From NCBI GenBank assembly GCA_944329445.1, contig CALVIH010000004.1, positions 1-50,500 on the forward strand: DNA of 50,500 nucleotides. The letters are read 5' to 3'. The stretch is from an uncultured Bacilli bacterium. GTDB lineage: Bacteria; Bacillota_I; Bacilli_A; RF39; UBA660. The notes under the pieces were generated by a model. The model had not been told where the DNA came from and searched no databases. It saw only the letters and a program-made list of their open reading frames with translations. Shown here piece by piece: positions 7,813-16,794 of the stretch (positions within the stretch are counted from its first letter, which is position 1; the number at the start of each line of letters is the position of its first letter). The position numbers and the translations under genes were made by a program.

Positions 7813-9041
7813 TTCTTATCACCACTCTTCTCAAAAACGTGCTTGATGTTATGAATCGTTTTCTTAAATAGGTTAGTATCTTTATTAACAACCTTTTCAT
7901 AAATTTTTAATACGTTTTTGGCATACGCATCCGGGCTATACTTAGCCGCTGTTTTTCTAGCTTCTTTAGAGATTTCATTATAAAATGTTTTTTCTTTGTA
8001 CAACCTTTCTACCAAATCAACATACTGTTTTTCGTCTTCAAAGAAAAGACCATCTTTTTTATCCGTTATAACTAATTCAAAACTTTCATCTTTAATGGCA
8101 ACTACCGGTTTGGAAGCACCCATCGCCTCAATTACCGTAAGACCTTGTGTTTCTGAAGTAGAAGCGGTAACAAAAATATTACTCATAGCATAGTACTTGG
8201 GAATGTCATCCCATAATACCCGCCCAGTAAATATTATTTTATCTTCTAGTTTTAAATCGTTTGTCATATCAATTAAGTCTTTTAAGTCTGGACCATCACC
8301 TACGATTATCATCTTAGCTTTAGGGATTCTTTTTAAAACGTCAGGAAAGTTTTTTATTAAAAAATCAATACTCTTTTCCTTCGCTATTCTACCAACGTAT
8401 AAAACAATAAAATCACGCATACCAATTGATAAACTCTTTTTTAGTTTTATAACTGATAACTTGTCAACGTTTTCCTTGTGAAATCTCTCTGTGTCTATTC
8501 CTGACGGTATTACGTGAACATCTCTTTTTACCTTATATTTTTCCTTAAATAAGTCCTTTGCTTTCTCGGTTGGAACAATAAGTTCATCAATTGTTTTATC
8601 ACACAAAAACAAAGTTAAGTACTCGACTAATTTTTTTGAAGCGTGATTAAAATACCCTTTAGTTATATAGTATATATATTCCTCATACATCGTATGATAA
8701 GTATGTACAAGCGGTATATTAAACTGTTTAGAAATTAACCTTGCAAAAGTTCCGATACTAAACTCTGTATGGGTGTGAATTACGTCTAAGTTCCATCTTT
8801 TTATTATCTTAAGAGCCCTTAAAGGATATATTCCCGATTGTCTAAAATTCATTATACCAATCGGAATACTTGGAATCTTAAGAACTCCTTCCGTTTCTTT
8901 ATACGAGAAGGATTCGTCATTTACGGTTACAACATAAACTTTATGACCCATTTTTTCCAATCCTTGTTTTAGCATTAAAACACTTGTTGCAACACCATTT
9001 ATAAATGGTGGATACGCATCCGTAAATAATCCTATTCTCAT
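7809..9041 (-). CDS. GT4-family glycosyltransferase, probably a diacylglycerol glucosyltransferase (glycolipid synthase)
   Basis: 410 aa. The N-terminus MRIGLFTDAYPPFINGVATSV and the overall GT4 layout resemble alpha-monoglucosyl-DAG synthases as I remember them. The ATG overlaps the upstream stop (ATGA). Confidence 0.75.
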   Translation of the reverse strand: MRIGLFTDAYPPFINGVATSVLMLKQGLEKMGHKVYVVTVNDESFSYKETEGVLKIPSIPIGIMNFRQSGIYPLRALKIIKRWNLDVIHTHTEFSIGTFARLISKQFNIPLVHTYHTMYEEYIYYITKGYFNHASKKLVEYLTLFLCDKTIDELIVPTEKAKDLFKEKYKVKRDVHVIPSGIDTERFHKENVDKLSVIKLKKSLSIGMRDFIVLYVGRIAKEKSIDFLIKNFPDVLKRIPKAKMIIVGDGPDLKDLIDMTNDLKLEDKIIFTGRVLWDDIPKYYAMSNIFVTASTSETQGLTVIEAMGASKPVVAIKDESFELVITDKKDGLFFEDEKQYVDLVERLYKEKTFYNEISKEARKTAAKYSPDAYAKNVLKIYEKVVNKDTNLFKKTIHNIKHVFEKSGDKK

Positions 9042-10045
9042 AATTTTTTAACTCCCTTCTTAAACATCAAACATACAAAGCCTATTATCATCGCTAAAAA
9101 GTAAGTTACGAAACGCCACAAAAGCATTGCACTTGATAACACCGGCCCCTGAATAAACCTTCCAAAAAACTGCACGAATCCGTACTCTATTCCCCCTGTT
9201 GCACCAGGTATTGGTATTATGTTTCCGATAAGCATAACAAACGATGTTGCAATGATAGATTCAATGATTGATATGCCATCAAACCCAAGTGACCTAAAGA
9301 TAATAAAGGGAATTAAATACAAAGAAAACAAATGAATTATATTATATATAACCCCTTTTATTAACACTACTTTATCTTTTTTTATTTCACTTCCTGTTTC
9401 ATAAAAATGTTTTAAACCTTCTTTTATTTTTTCCTCACTGGTTCCAAACTTTCTAATGACCTTAAACTTAAATACGAAATGAATTATTTTATTAGAAAGT
9501 TTAAGCCCGGTTTTTTTATCAAATGCTACGATTAAAATCATTAATAATACTATTGTATTTATAGCAAAACCTAAAAATATTAATCCGTTTATATAATTAT
9601 TCTTTGATAGAACATGAAATTTCAAATTTATCAAAAGAGTAAAAATTCCTACCAATATAAGTGCAATCTGATAAGATAAACCATCCTTAATCATGGCGTT
9701 AGTTGAATCAGATATCCTAACACCATCTTTTTTTAGTAGATAAATTTGAAAGGGTTGTCCCCCAGATTGAAAAGGAGTTATACCATTAAGAAATTGTCCA
9801 ATAAGGGTTAAAACGTATGCGCTTTTACCGGTATAATCTGGCTTATACCCCTTAATAAATATTTTTAAAGAAACTGATTTAAAAAATAATGATATAAGTA
9901 AAACGATTATCGATATTATGAATATCCACCCGTTTACCTCTTTAAGCTTACTTATAATCCCATGAAAGTCATCCTTAAGGGTAAAGTATAATACTAATGA
10001 TAACGCTACAAACAAAACTAAAAAGTTCAACTTCTTGTTTTTCAT
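9038..10045 (-). CDS. Flippase-like / lysyl-PG-synthase-TM-region family (UPF0104) membrane protein
   Basis: 335 aa with about 8 TM segments and a PIPGATGGIEYGF motif typical of the family. It is coupled to the GT4 gene. Confidence 0.55.
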   Translation of the reverse strand: MKNKKLNFLVLFVALSLVLYFTLKDDFHGIISKLKEVNGWIFIISIIVLLISLFFKSVSLKIFIKGYKPDYTGKSAYVLTLIGQFLNGITPFQSGGQPFQIYLLKKDGVRISDSTNAMIKDGLSYQIALILVGIFTLLINLKFHVLSKNNYINGLIFLGFAINTIVLLMILIVAFDKKTGLKLSNKIIHFVFKFKVIRKFGTSEEKIKEGLKHFYETGSEIKKDKVVLIKGVIYNIIHLFSLYLIPFIIFRSLGFDGISIIESIIATSFVMLIGNIIPIPGATGGIEYGFVQFFGRFIQGPVLSSAMLLWRFVTYFLAMIIGFVCLMFKKGVKKL

Positions 10046-10056
10046 ACTAACTCCCC

Positions 10057-11241
10057 TTACTTATCACTTACTGCTTCTACTCCGGGTAATTTTTTACCTT
10101 CGATAAATTCAAGGGCTGCTCCTCCACCAGTTGATATATGATCAAAGCTATCTTTATACCCCAAACTTATCGCCGCCGCGGCAGAATCACCACCACCTAT
10201 TATTACATGCGCATTAGATGCTTTTAAAATCTCACATAATTTCTTAGTACCATGTTCAAAATTTTTAAAATAATTTACCCCCACTGGGCCATTCCAGAAA
10301 ACGGTTTTCGCCTGATACAAATATTTAGTGTATAAATCTATTGTTTTTTCGCCTATATCAAGCATCATTACACCATCAGTTATGTTATTCACATCAAATG
10401 AATATACTTTTAAATTATCTTTATATTCTATCGAACCCAACCCATCAACGGGTAAAATGATTTTTTTTGAATATTTCTTTAATAATTCCTTTGCATGAGG
10501 AACGCTTTCTTCATCATAAACCGAGTTTTTTACGTCTATTTCTTTAGCCACTAAAAAAGTATTTGCTATACCGCCTCCTAATAAAACATAATCGGCTTTC
10601 TCCACTAATTTATCAATAACTTCAATTTTATCTTTCATTTTAGCTCCACCCGCAATAACTACGTATGGTCTTTGTGGATCATTTAGTTTTTCTCCAAGCA
10701 TTTTTAACTCTTTTTCCATTAAAAACCCCAGTCCGGATGGTAAGTTACTTGCTATGCCAACGTTTGAAGCATGAGCACGATGAGCGGTACCAAAAGCATC
10801 ATTTATAAATATATCACCCAAACTCGCCCAATACTTACCAAGTTCCTCGTCATTAGAACTTTCTTTTTTTAAAGGAAGGTCTTCATACCTGGTGTTTTGA
10901 ACCAAAACCACATCTTTAGGTTTCATGCTTTTTATAGTATTTTCGAGAACGGTTCCACGCGTTTCATTAACAAATACAACATTTCTATTCAAAAGTTCAG
11001 ATAGTCTTTTAGCAACCGGTTTTAAATCATTTGCTTTTTTATCCTGTTCTTCTTTTATTCTTCCTAAATGAGAAAGTAAAATCACCTTTGCATTATTATC
11101 AATAGCGTAGTTAATTGTCTTTAAACTTTCTTTTATACGATTATCATCTAATATTTTTCCGTTTTCCATCGGAACGTTTAAATCACATCTAATTATTACT
11201 CTTTTATTATTTAAATCAAAATCCTTTATCGTTTTCTTCAT
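10057..11241 (-). CDS. pgk: Phosphoglycerate kinase
   Basis: Full-length PGK similarity (RCDLNVP, NGPVGV, GGGDSAAA). The start is at MKKTIKDF, with GGAGG 5 nt upstream. The track's longer start lies upstream of the predicted promoter. Confidence 0.95.
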   Translation of the reverse strand: MKKTIKDFDLNNKRVIIRCDLNVPMENGKILDDNRIKESLKTINYAIDNNAKVILLSHLGRIKEEQDKKANDLKPVAKRLSELLNRNVVFVNETRGTVLENTIKSMKPKDVVLVQNTRYEDLPLKKESSNDEELGKYWASLGDIFINDAFGTAHRAHASNVGIASNLPSGLGFLMEKELKMLGEKLNDPQRPYVVIAGGAKMKDKIEVIDKLVEKADYVLLGGGIANTFLVAKEIDVKNSVYDEESVPHAKELLKKYSKKIILPVDGLGSIEYKDNLKVYSFDVNNITDGVMMLDIGEKTIDLYTKYLYQAKTVFWNGPVGVNYFKNFEHGTKKLCEILKASNAHVIIGGGDSAAAAISLGYKDSFDHISTGGGAALEFIEGKKLPGVEAVSDK

Positions 11242-11257
11242 AAGAGCCTCCATTATG

Positions 11258-11266
11258 ATTATAACA
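11258..11266 (-). promoter_or_regulatory. Extended -10 promoter (TGtTATAAT) for pgk
   Basis: Minus strand reads cgTGtTATAATcataatGGAGGctcttATG, immediately after the upstream terminator. Confidence 0.5.
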
Positions 11267-11271
11267 CGATA

Positions 11272-11299
11272 CAAAAAAAATAGGAATTAAATTCCTATT
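11272..11299 (-). terminator. Rho-independent terminator of the Ig-like surface protein gene
   Basis: 9-bp stem AATAGGAAT/ATTCCTATT with a 3-nt loop and a U8 tail on the minus strand. Confidence 0.7.
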
Positions 11300-12575
11300 T
11301 TACTATTACACTTACCGATTTACTTACTCCGTCCGCTCCTTTTGCTGTTATCGTTGCGGTACCACTCTTTATTCCTTTTACCACACCATTAGATACAGTT
11401 GCAACAGCATTGTTAGAACTTGACCACGTAAGCATTTTATTAGTTGCGTTAGAAGGATTAAAACTAACAATCAAAGTAGCAGATCCACCAACCGATATAT
11501 TAAGTGTGTTAGGCGTTAAACTTATGCTTTGTAATTTAACGTAATTTGATTTAACAATAACGGTTCTCGTTTTTGAAGAAGAATTACCATAAGAATCAGT
11601 AACACTATACCTTATTGTATATGTTCCAGCGTTTGATGTATTTACACTTCCAGATACCGTTACCCTTGACGTTATGTCCACTCCTTTAGCATCTTTTGCA
11701 GAATATCCTGGATCACTCCATCTATCACCTACGTCTAACGTTACGTACGTAGAACCTTTTAAAGTTATTGTTGGCGGTGTAGTCACCCTTTGAGTCGTAG
11801 TGGTCTTAGGTTTCGTCGTACCTCCGCCACTTTGCTTTTTAGTTGTTGTGTTTTTTTTGGTTGTGGTAGTAGCAACCGATACAACGGTTACCTTCCTAGT
11901 TGCTTCAGCACGATTACCCGCTTTATCAGTAACTGTGTAAACCACCGTATAAGAACCCGGTTCACTTACGTCAACATGATTTTCCGTTTTTATTTTAGAA
12001 GTGATGTCGCCATCAACGTTATCCATTGCCGAAGCTCCTTCATCAGCGTAGTTACTACCTTGATTAATGGTTATTTCTTTTTCTCCTTTAATTGTAATAA
12101 CTGGCTTTTCGGTATCTTTCTTGGTTGTGGTTGTTTTTTCGTCATCTTCTTTATCATTACTTACATAGCCACTTGTTGTATATAAATCCTCACATTTTAT
12201 GTATGAATTATATTTTTCAGTTTCTTCTTTTGAAGCTAATACGTATCCTTCACATATTTTTGCAGCCTTAACCTTACTAGAATCTATGGAACCACCATTT
12301 TCCACTAACAAGTCTTTTAAATCTATTCTTATTTCCTCACTCGTAAGTTCTATTCCCTTTTGAGATAAATAAACGGGCGCTTCTTCTTCCATTCTTTCCT
12401 CAAGCCTAGTAAAATCAGCAGTGGTGTATTCTGGTTTTTTACTATTTACAGCGTTTACAATGATAATTATGACAACTATTATTACAACTAATATTATGGC
12501 AGCCAAAATAACCATACCCCTGGTTATTTGAAATTTCTTTTTCTCTTCGGTTTCATAACCTTCCATATTATCCAT
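11295..12575 (-). CDS. Membrane-anchored surface protein with two DUF5011-type Ig-like domains and a C-terminal Big_2 domain
   Basis: There is an N-terminal TM anchor (ILAAIILVVIIVVIIIIV). Thr/Lys-rich linkers separate two repeats carrying VDGDITSKI / KGVDITSRV...Y(T/S)VTD..GN motifs. The C-terminus is Big_2-like (ATVSNGVVKGIKSGTATITA). Confidence 0.7.
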   Translation of the reverse strand: MDNMEGYETEEKKKFQITRGMVILAAIILVVIIVVIIIIVNAVNSKKPEYTTADFTRLEERMEEEAPVYLSQKGIELTSEEIRIDLKDLLVENGGSIDSSKVKAAKICEGYVLASKEETEKYNSYIKCEDLYTTSGYVSNDKEDDEKTTTTKKDTEKPVITIKGEKEITINQGSNYADEGASAMDNVDGDITSKIKTENHVDVSEPGSYTVVYTVTDKAGNRAEATRKVTVVSVATTTTKKNTTTKKQSGGGTTKPKTTTTQRVTTPPTITLKGSTYVTLDVGDRWSDPGYSAKDAKGVDITSRVTVSGSVNTSNAGTYTIRYSVTDSYGNSSSKTRTVIVKSNYVKLQSISLTPNTLNISVGGSATLIVSFNPSNATNKMLTWSSSNNAVATVSNGVVKGIKSGTATITAKGADGVSKSVSVIVK

Positions 12576-12604
12576 CAAATCACCACCTTATACTCTATAA
12601 AATC

Positions 12605-12613
12605 ATTATAACA
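12605..12613 (-). promoter_or_regulatory. Extended -10 promoter (TGtTATAAT) for the Ig-like protein gene
   Basis: Minus strand reads caTGtTATAATgatttt, about 30 nt upstream of the ATG and directly after the gapA terminator. Confidence 0.5.
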
Positions 12614-12622
12614 TGAATATTT

Positions 12623-12649
12623 AAAAAAAACACTAGATTTTATCTAGTG
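12623..12649 (-). terminator. Rho-independent terminator of gapA
   Basis: 8-bp stem CACTAGAT/ATCTAGTG with a 3-nt loop and a U8 tail on the minus strand. Confidence 0.75.
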
Positions 12650-12650
12650 C

Positions 12651-13658
12651 CTACTTATTTGCAAAATATTTAGCAGTTCTAACCATTTGTGCAGAATAAC
12701 TCATTTCGTTATCGTACCAAGCTACTACTTTAACTAGCTGTTTACCATCAACTTCAACAATGTTAGTTAGAAGCCCATCTACTAACGCACCGCACCTCAT
12801 TCCAATTGTATCACTTGAGACAATTGGGTCTTCCGTATACTTTATTGTCTCGCTTTGATTATTTTTAAATAGGTTATTTATCTCATCAATCGTAACTTTT
12901 TGTTTTAATTCCATGGCCAAATCAACAACCGAACCAGTAGTAACCGGAACCCGCATTGCGGTACCATCAAGCTTACCCTTTAATTCTGGAATTACAAGAC
13001 CAATAGCACTTGCAGCACCAGTGGATGATGGAACTATGTTAGCAGCTGCCGCACGTCCTCTTCTTGCCATGTGACCTTTTTTATGAGCAACATCAAGAGT
13101 TGCTTGATCGTTAGTATATGCGTGAACGGTAGTCATGAAGCCTTTTTCTACTCCGTAGTTATCACACAAAAGTTTCATTACCGGTGCTAAACAATTAGTT
13201 GTACAGCTAGCAGCGCTAATCACTTTTTCATCTCCAGTTAGCGTTTCATGATTAACGTTATAAACAATCGTTTTTAAATCTCCCTTTGCAGGAGCAGAAA
13301 TTATAACTTTTTTAGCGCCAGCATCTACGTGAGCCATCGCCTTTTCCTTGCTAGTAAAAAAGCCTGTACACTCAAAAACAACATCAATGCCCAAGTCTTT
13401 CCATGGTAATTTTGAAGGGTCTTGCTCGGCATAAATTCTTATTTTTTCTCCGTTTATTATTATGTTTTCATCATCATTTTCTATTTCGTCAGTACGGTAT
13501 CTTCTATGTGAAGTATCATACTTAAGTAAGTATGCCAATTGTGCTGCATCAGTTAAATCATTAATCGCAACCACATCAAAATCATCGTCCTCTTGCATTA
13601 ATCTAAAAACTAATCTTCCTATTCTTCCAAAACCATTAATTGCAACCTTTATTGCCAT
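12651..13658 (-). CDS. gapA: Glyceraldehyde-3-phosphate dehydrogenase
   Basis: 335 aa with INGFGRIGR, the SCTTNCLAP active site and WYDNE. Confidence 0.96.
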   Translation of the reverse strand: MAIKVAINGFGRIGRLVFRLMQEDDDFDVVAINDLTDAAQLAYLLKYDTSHRRYRTDEIENDDENIIINGEKIRIYAEQDPSKLPWKDLGIDVVFECTGFFTSKEKAMAHVDAGAKKVIISAPAKGDLKTIVYNVNHETLTGDEKVISAASCTTNCLAPVMKLLCDNYGVEKGFMTTVHAYTNDQATLDVAHKKGHMARRGRAAAANIVPSSTGAASAIGLVIPELKGKLDGTAMRVPVTTGSVVDLAMELKQKVTIDEINNLFKNNQSETIKYTEDPIVSSDTIGMRCGALVDGLLTNIVEVDGKQLVKVVAWYDNEMSYSAQMVRTAKYFANK

Positions 13659-13694
13659 ATAATCACCATCCTATTATTTATATTGTACCATTTA

Positions 13695-15350
13695 TTAATC
13701 TTTAAAACAACTTCCGCCAATGAATTCTCTTAAAATAGAATCCTGTGGAACCATATCACTAGGTATTCCTAATATCACCCTAAATATATTAATTATTCTT
13801 AGAGCATCATCATAATTTTCATCGTCCTCTAAAACAGAGAATAACAAAGGCTCAGCATATGTTTTTAACACACCAAGTTCATAAACCAAAGACGTGTTCA
13901 AAACGGCGTTAGCTTCTTTCATGTAAGGAAATATCATTTCATCCTCAACTTTTCTTACCTTTTTCCACATCTTTAACGTGTCAGATGCAGAAGCACCACG
14001 AGTTCTGTTGTCCCTTACAATCCTTCTTAAAAGGCGATTGTCAGTAGCCTTAAACAAATTATGATTATCAATGTTAAGTGGGGTTAATGGGCATATGAAT
14101 AACTTAAACTTATTTTTATCTGGTATCATTTCTGTTAGTTTCTCATTAAAGGCATGAATTCCTTCTACGATTAAAATAGATTTTTCTCCCATGATAACTT
14201 TATTCTTTTCATTAAAAGATTGTTTCCCTTCAACGAAATCAAAAGTAGGAAGAATAACTTCTTTTCCATTTAGAAGTTCAGATATCTTCTTGTTAAATTG
14301 ATTAGTATCAAAGGCTTCTATTCTTTCTATCTCTGGTTTTCCATTTTCATCTAATACACGATCCTTCATGTCGGTATAAAAATCGTCAACCGATATTGGA
14401 ATTGGTTCAAAACCTTTACTTCTTAAAAATAAACCTAATTTCTTTGACGTCGTGGTTTTACCAGATGAAGTTGGACCTGTTATCAAAACCATTTTTATGT
14501 CTTTATTTTTAGTTATTTTATCTATAATATCAAATAACTGATTATTCGATATCGATTCTGATATTCTTATTATGTCATCATACAAACCAGTAGAAATTGT
14601 TTTATTAAGTTCAACAGAAGTATTTATCCCTATGTTTTCCAAATACTTCGATTGTCTTTCTACCTCTTCTATTAACTTATCAGTTTTCTCGTAACGTAAT
14701 TTTTCGTCTGGTGCAAAAGTAACAGGAGGTAATAAAATAACTTTATTCTCTTTTAAATACTTTATGTTAAATTTATTAAGATATCTCGTGTTACATGGTA
14801 ATATACCATAAAAATAATCAAGCGTGTCATCAAGTTTATACAAACTTATGGTTGAATTACTAATAAACCTTAACGACTCTGCTTTATCTGGTTGGTTTAC
14901 CTTGGTAAAATAATCCATTGCGTCAAGCCTTGAAACCATTATTTTATTAATTGGTATTGCTGCATCTACTATTTCACGCATTCTTATTTTTATTTTCTCT
15001 ACCGTGACTTCTGATATTAAATTATTAGTTAATATTTCACAATAAACACCCTTATCAACGAAATACATTAACTTAACATCCGCATTTAAAACATCACGTA
15101 CCGCCTTTATAAATAAAAAATATAAACCTCTTATGTATGTTTTACTTCCTAACGGAGTAAAAACGTCATAAAATTCTATGTCTACGTTCTTCGTAACCTT
15201 ACTATCCAAGGCCACTAACCTATTATCAGAGGTTGCAACGATTATATCACCCTTAAAATCCTTTTCAAAACGTTTTGAAATATCTAAAAGTGTTGTTCCT
15301 TTTTCATACTCATATTGCTCTTCTTTATACTTAATTTTAACAGTAGCCAT
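13695..15350 (-). CDS. Uridine kinase/PRK-family P-loop protein with an N-terminal TGS/ThrRS-like region
   Basis: 551 aa. The P-loop is ITGPTSSGKTTT and the C-terminal half is uridine-kinase-like. Only 36 nt separate it from gapA and no hairpin intervenes. Confidence 0.6.
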   Translation of the reverse strand: MATVKIKYKEEQYEYEKGTTLLDISKRFEKDFKGDIIVATSDNRLVALDSKVTKNVDIEFYDVFTPLGSKTYIRGLYFLFIKAVRDVLNADVKLMYFVDKGVYCEILTNNLISEVTVEKIKIRMREIVDAAIPINKIMVSRLDAMDYFTKVNQPDKAESLRFISNSTISLYKLDDTLDYFYGILPCNTRYLNKFNIKYLKENKVILLPPVTFAPDEKLRYEKTDKLIEEVERQSKYLENIGINTSVELNKTISTGLYDDIIRISESISNNQLFDIIDKITKNKDIKMVLITGPTSSGKTTTSKKLGLFLRSKGFEPIPISVDDFYTDMKDRVLDENGKPEIERIEAFDTNQFNKKISELLNGKEVILPTFDFVEGKQSFNEKNKVIMGEKSILIVEGIHAFNEKLTEMIPDKNKFKLFICPLTPLNIDNHNLFKATDNRLLRRIVRDNRTRGASASDTLKMWKKVRKVEDEMIFPYMKEANAVLNTSLVYELGVLKTYAEPLLFSVLEDDENYDDALRIINIFRVILGIPSDMVPQDSILREFIGGSCFKD

Positions 15351-15462
15351 ATAATCACCCTTTTATCCTAATAACATTCTACCAAAAATGTGGAAAAAAG
15401 TCACAACATTTTGATAATAAATATAAATATACTATACATAATATTACTAGGGTGATAAATAC

Positions 15463-16032
15463 ATGAACTTAATTCCAAGTGTTATTGAAAAAACACATAA
15501 TGGAGAAAGGGTATATGATATATACTCAAGATTATTAAAAGACCGAATTATTTTTATTGGCGGAGAAATAGATGATGATTTAGCTAACGCCGTAATAAGT
15601 GAACTTTTATTTTTAGATTCACAAAATAATGATGAAATTAGTATATATATAAATTCTCCAGGAGGCAGTATAACATCTGGTATGGCAATATATGATACTA
15701 TGAATTTTGTTAAAAGTCCTATATCAACGATATGTGTAGGAATGGCTGCATCTATGGCATCAATACTTTTAGCAAGTGGTAAAAAAGGCAAAAGATATAT
15801 TTTACCAAATAGTGAAGTTATGATTCATCAACCACTAGGAGGAGTTAATGGTCAAGCAACAGAAATAAAAATAGTTGCTGATAGAATTCTTTACTTAAGA
15901 AGTAAACTAAATAAAATACTTTCTGAAAAAACAGGAAAGGATATAAATAAAATAAAAAAAGATACAGAAAGAGATTATTATTTAAATGCTAGCAAGGCTT
16001 TAGAATATGGAATTGTAGATAAAATATTATAA
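15463..16032 (+). CDS. clpP: ATP-dependent Clp protease proteolytic subunit
   Basis: 189 aa: [16 protein letters not shown]...MAASMAS...MIHQP. Confidence 0.96.
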   Translation: MNLIPSVIEKTHNGERVYDIYSRLLKDRIIFIGGEIDDDLANAVISELLFLDSQNNDEISIYINSPGGSITSGMAIYDTMNFVKSPISTICVGMAASMASILLASGKKGKRYILPNSEVMIHQPLGGVNGQATEIKIVADRILYLRSKLNKILSEKTGKDINKIKKDTERDYYLNASKALEYGIVDKIL

Positions 16033-16034
16033 TA

Positions 16035-16068
16035 AAAAAACTTCCGTTTTCTTACTGGGAGTTTTTTT
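16035..16068 (+). terminator. Rho-independent terminator of clpP
   Basis: AAAAAACTTCC, an 11-nt loop, then GGGAGTTTTTT (one G-U pair) with a T-run. Confidence 0.55.
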
Positions 16069-16142
16069 ATTATGAAACTAACCATCACATAATCATCATT
16101 TAAACAAATTTCAATTAAATATCATAAAAACATGGCGTAAAC

Positions 16143-16171
16143 AAAAAAGGAATTTATTTATGAATTCCTTT
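16143..16171 (-). terminator. Rho-independent terminator of the lipoprotein gene
   Basis: Perfect 9-bp stem AAAGGAATT/AATTCCTTT with an 8-nt loop and a U6 tail on the minus strand. Confidence 0.7.
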
Positions 16172-16174
16172 CAC

Positions 16175-16690
16175 TTATTTTAAAGTCTTTGTTTCATCAG
16201 CAACTCTTTGTTCTAGAGCGACAAAATCTTCATCAGTAAATTTACCTTCCCTAGCTTTTTTTAGTTCATCTGCAGTTAATTTATTAGATAAAGCTGTCAA
16301 TTGAACTTCATCGTCTAATAAACTAATACATTTATTATCTCCACAACTTAGCTTTCTTTTTATCTCTTCTACAGAGCATCCTTGTTCATTAGAACTTGCA
16401 GATACTTCTTCACCAGTATAATCAGACACATGATATAAGTTACCAGTTATAATATCTTTATAATGCTTATCAGAACATTCATACCATAGTACATCATAAG
16501 TGTGTTTTCCAATTGGTTCAACTATTAATGTTTCATCGTCAACTGTCATTATCATAGCATTTTCTAAAGTGGTATTCGCTAAATGAGCTTTACTACACCC
16601 AGCAAACATAGTACCCATCATAGTACCTGCTAAAAGTACCGCAAGGCCTTTCTTAGTAACGTTCTTTATTTCTTTTTTATCTTTTTTCAT
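16175..16690 (-). CDS. Lipoprotein of unknown function
   Basis: The signal peptide carries a lipobox (LLAGTMMGTMFAG-C). The SD is AAGGGGGA. 171 aa; I recognise no family. Confidence 0.7.
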   Translation of the reverse strand: MKKDKKEIKNVTKKGLAVLLAGTMMGTMFAGCSKAHLANTTLENAMIMTVDDETLIVEPIGKHTYDVLWYECSDKHYKDIITGNLYHVSDYTGEEVSASSNEQGCSVEEIKRKLSCGDNKCISLLDDEVQLTALSNKLTADELKKAREGKFTDEDFVALEQRVADETKTLK

Positions 16691-16725
16691 TCAAATATTC
16701 CCCCTTCTTCATTTGAATGTGGATT

Positions 16726-16752
16726 ATTATAGCATACCCCCCCCGTTGTCAA
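16726..16752 (-). promoter_or_regulatory. Consensus sigmaA promoter with a G8 tract in a 15-nt spacer (lipoprotein gene)
   Basis: Minus strand reads TTGACA (16747-16752), ac-GGGGGGGG-tatgc, then TATAAT (16726-16731). TGc forms an extended -10. Confidence 0.7.
16737..16744. repeat. Homopolymeric C8/G8 tract
   Basis: cccccccc on the plus strand. It is the longest G/C run I noticed in the window. Confidence 0.95.
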
Positions 16753-16764
16753 CCTCTTTTTTGT

Positions 16765-16794
16765 CCAAATAAAAAACCTTCGATAAAAAGGCTT
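16765..16794 (-). terminator. Probable rho-independent terminator after the second TasA-like gene
   Basis: Minus-strand RNA reads AAGCCUU-UUUAUCG-AAGGUUU (7 bp, one G-U) followed by UUUAUUU. Confidence 0.45.

Noticed and set aside
7809-9041. Possibility of an alternative genetic code (UGA = Trp), given the Mollicutes-like AT-richness.
   Set aside because: TGA clearly serves as the stop codon in the ATGA/GTGA overlaps at 9038-9041, 7809-7812 and 40649-40652. All conserved proteins are full-length under code 11.
11861-11868. T8/A8 run inside the Ig-like surface-protein coding region, as a possible frameshift switch.
   Set aside because: A/T runs of this length are frequent in this AT-rich sequence. 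This one simply encodes a Lys-rich linker (KKN).
16718-16726. DnaA-box-like TGTGGATTA (8/9 to TGTGGATAA) in the lipoprotein leader.
   Set aside because: It is a single isolated box with no cluster, AT-rich unwinding element or dnaA/dnaN context. It does not indicate an origin.
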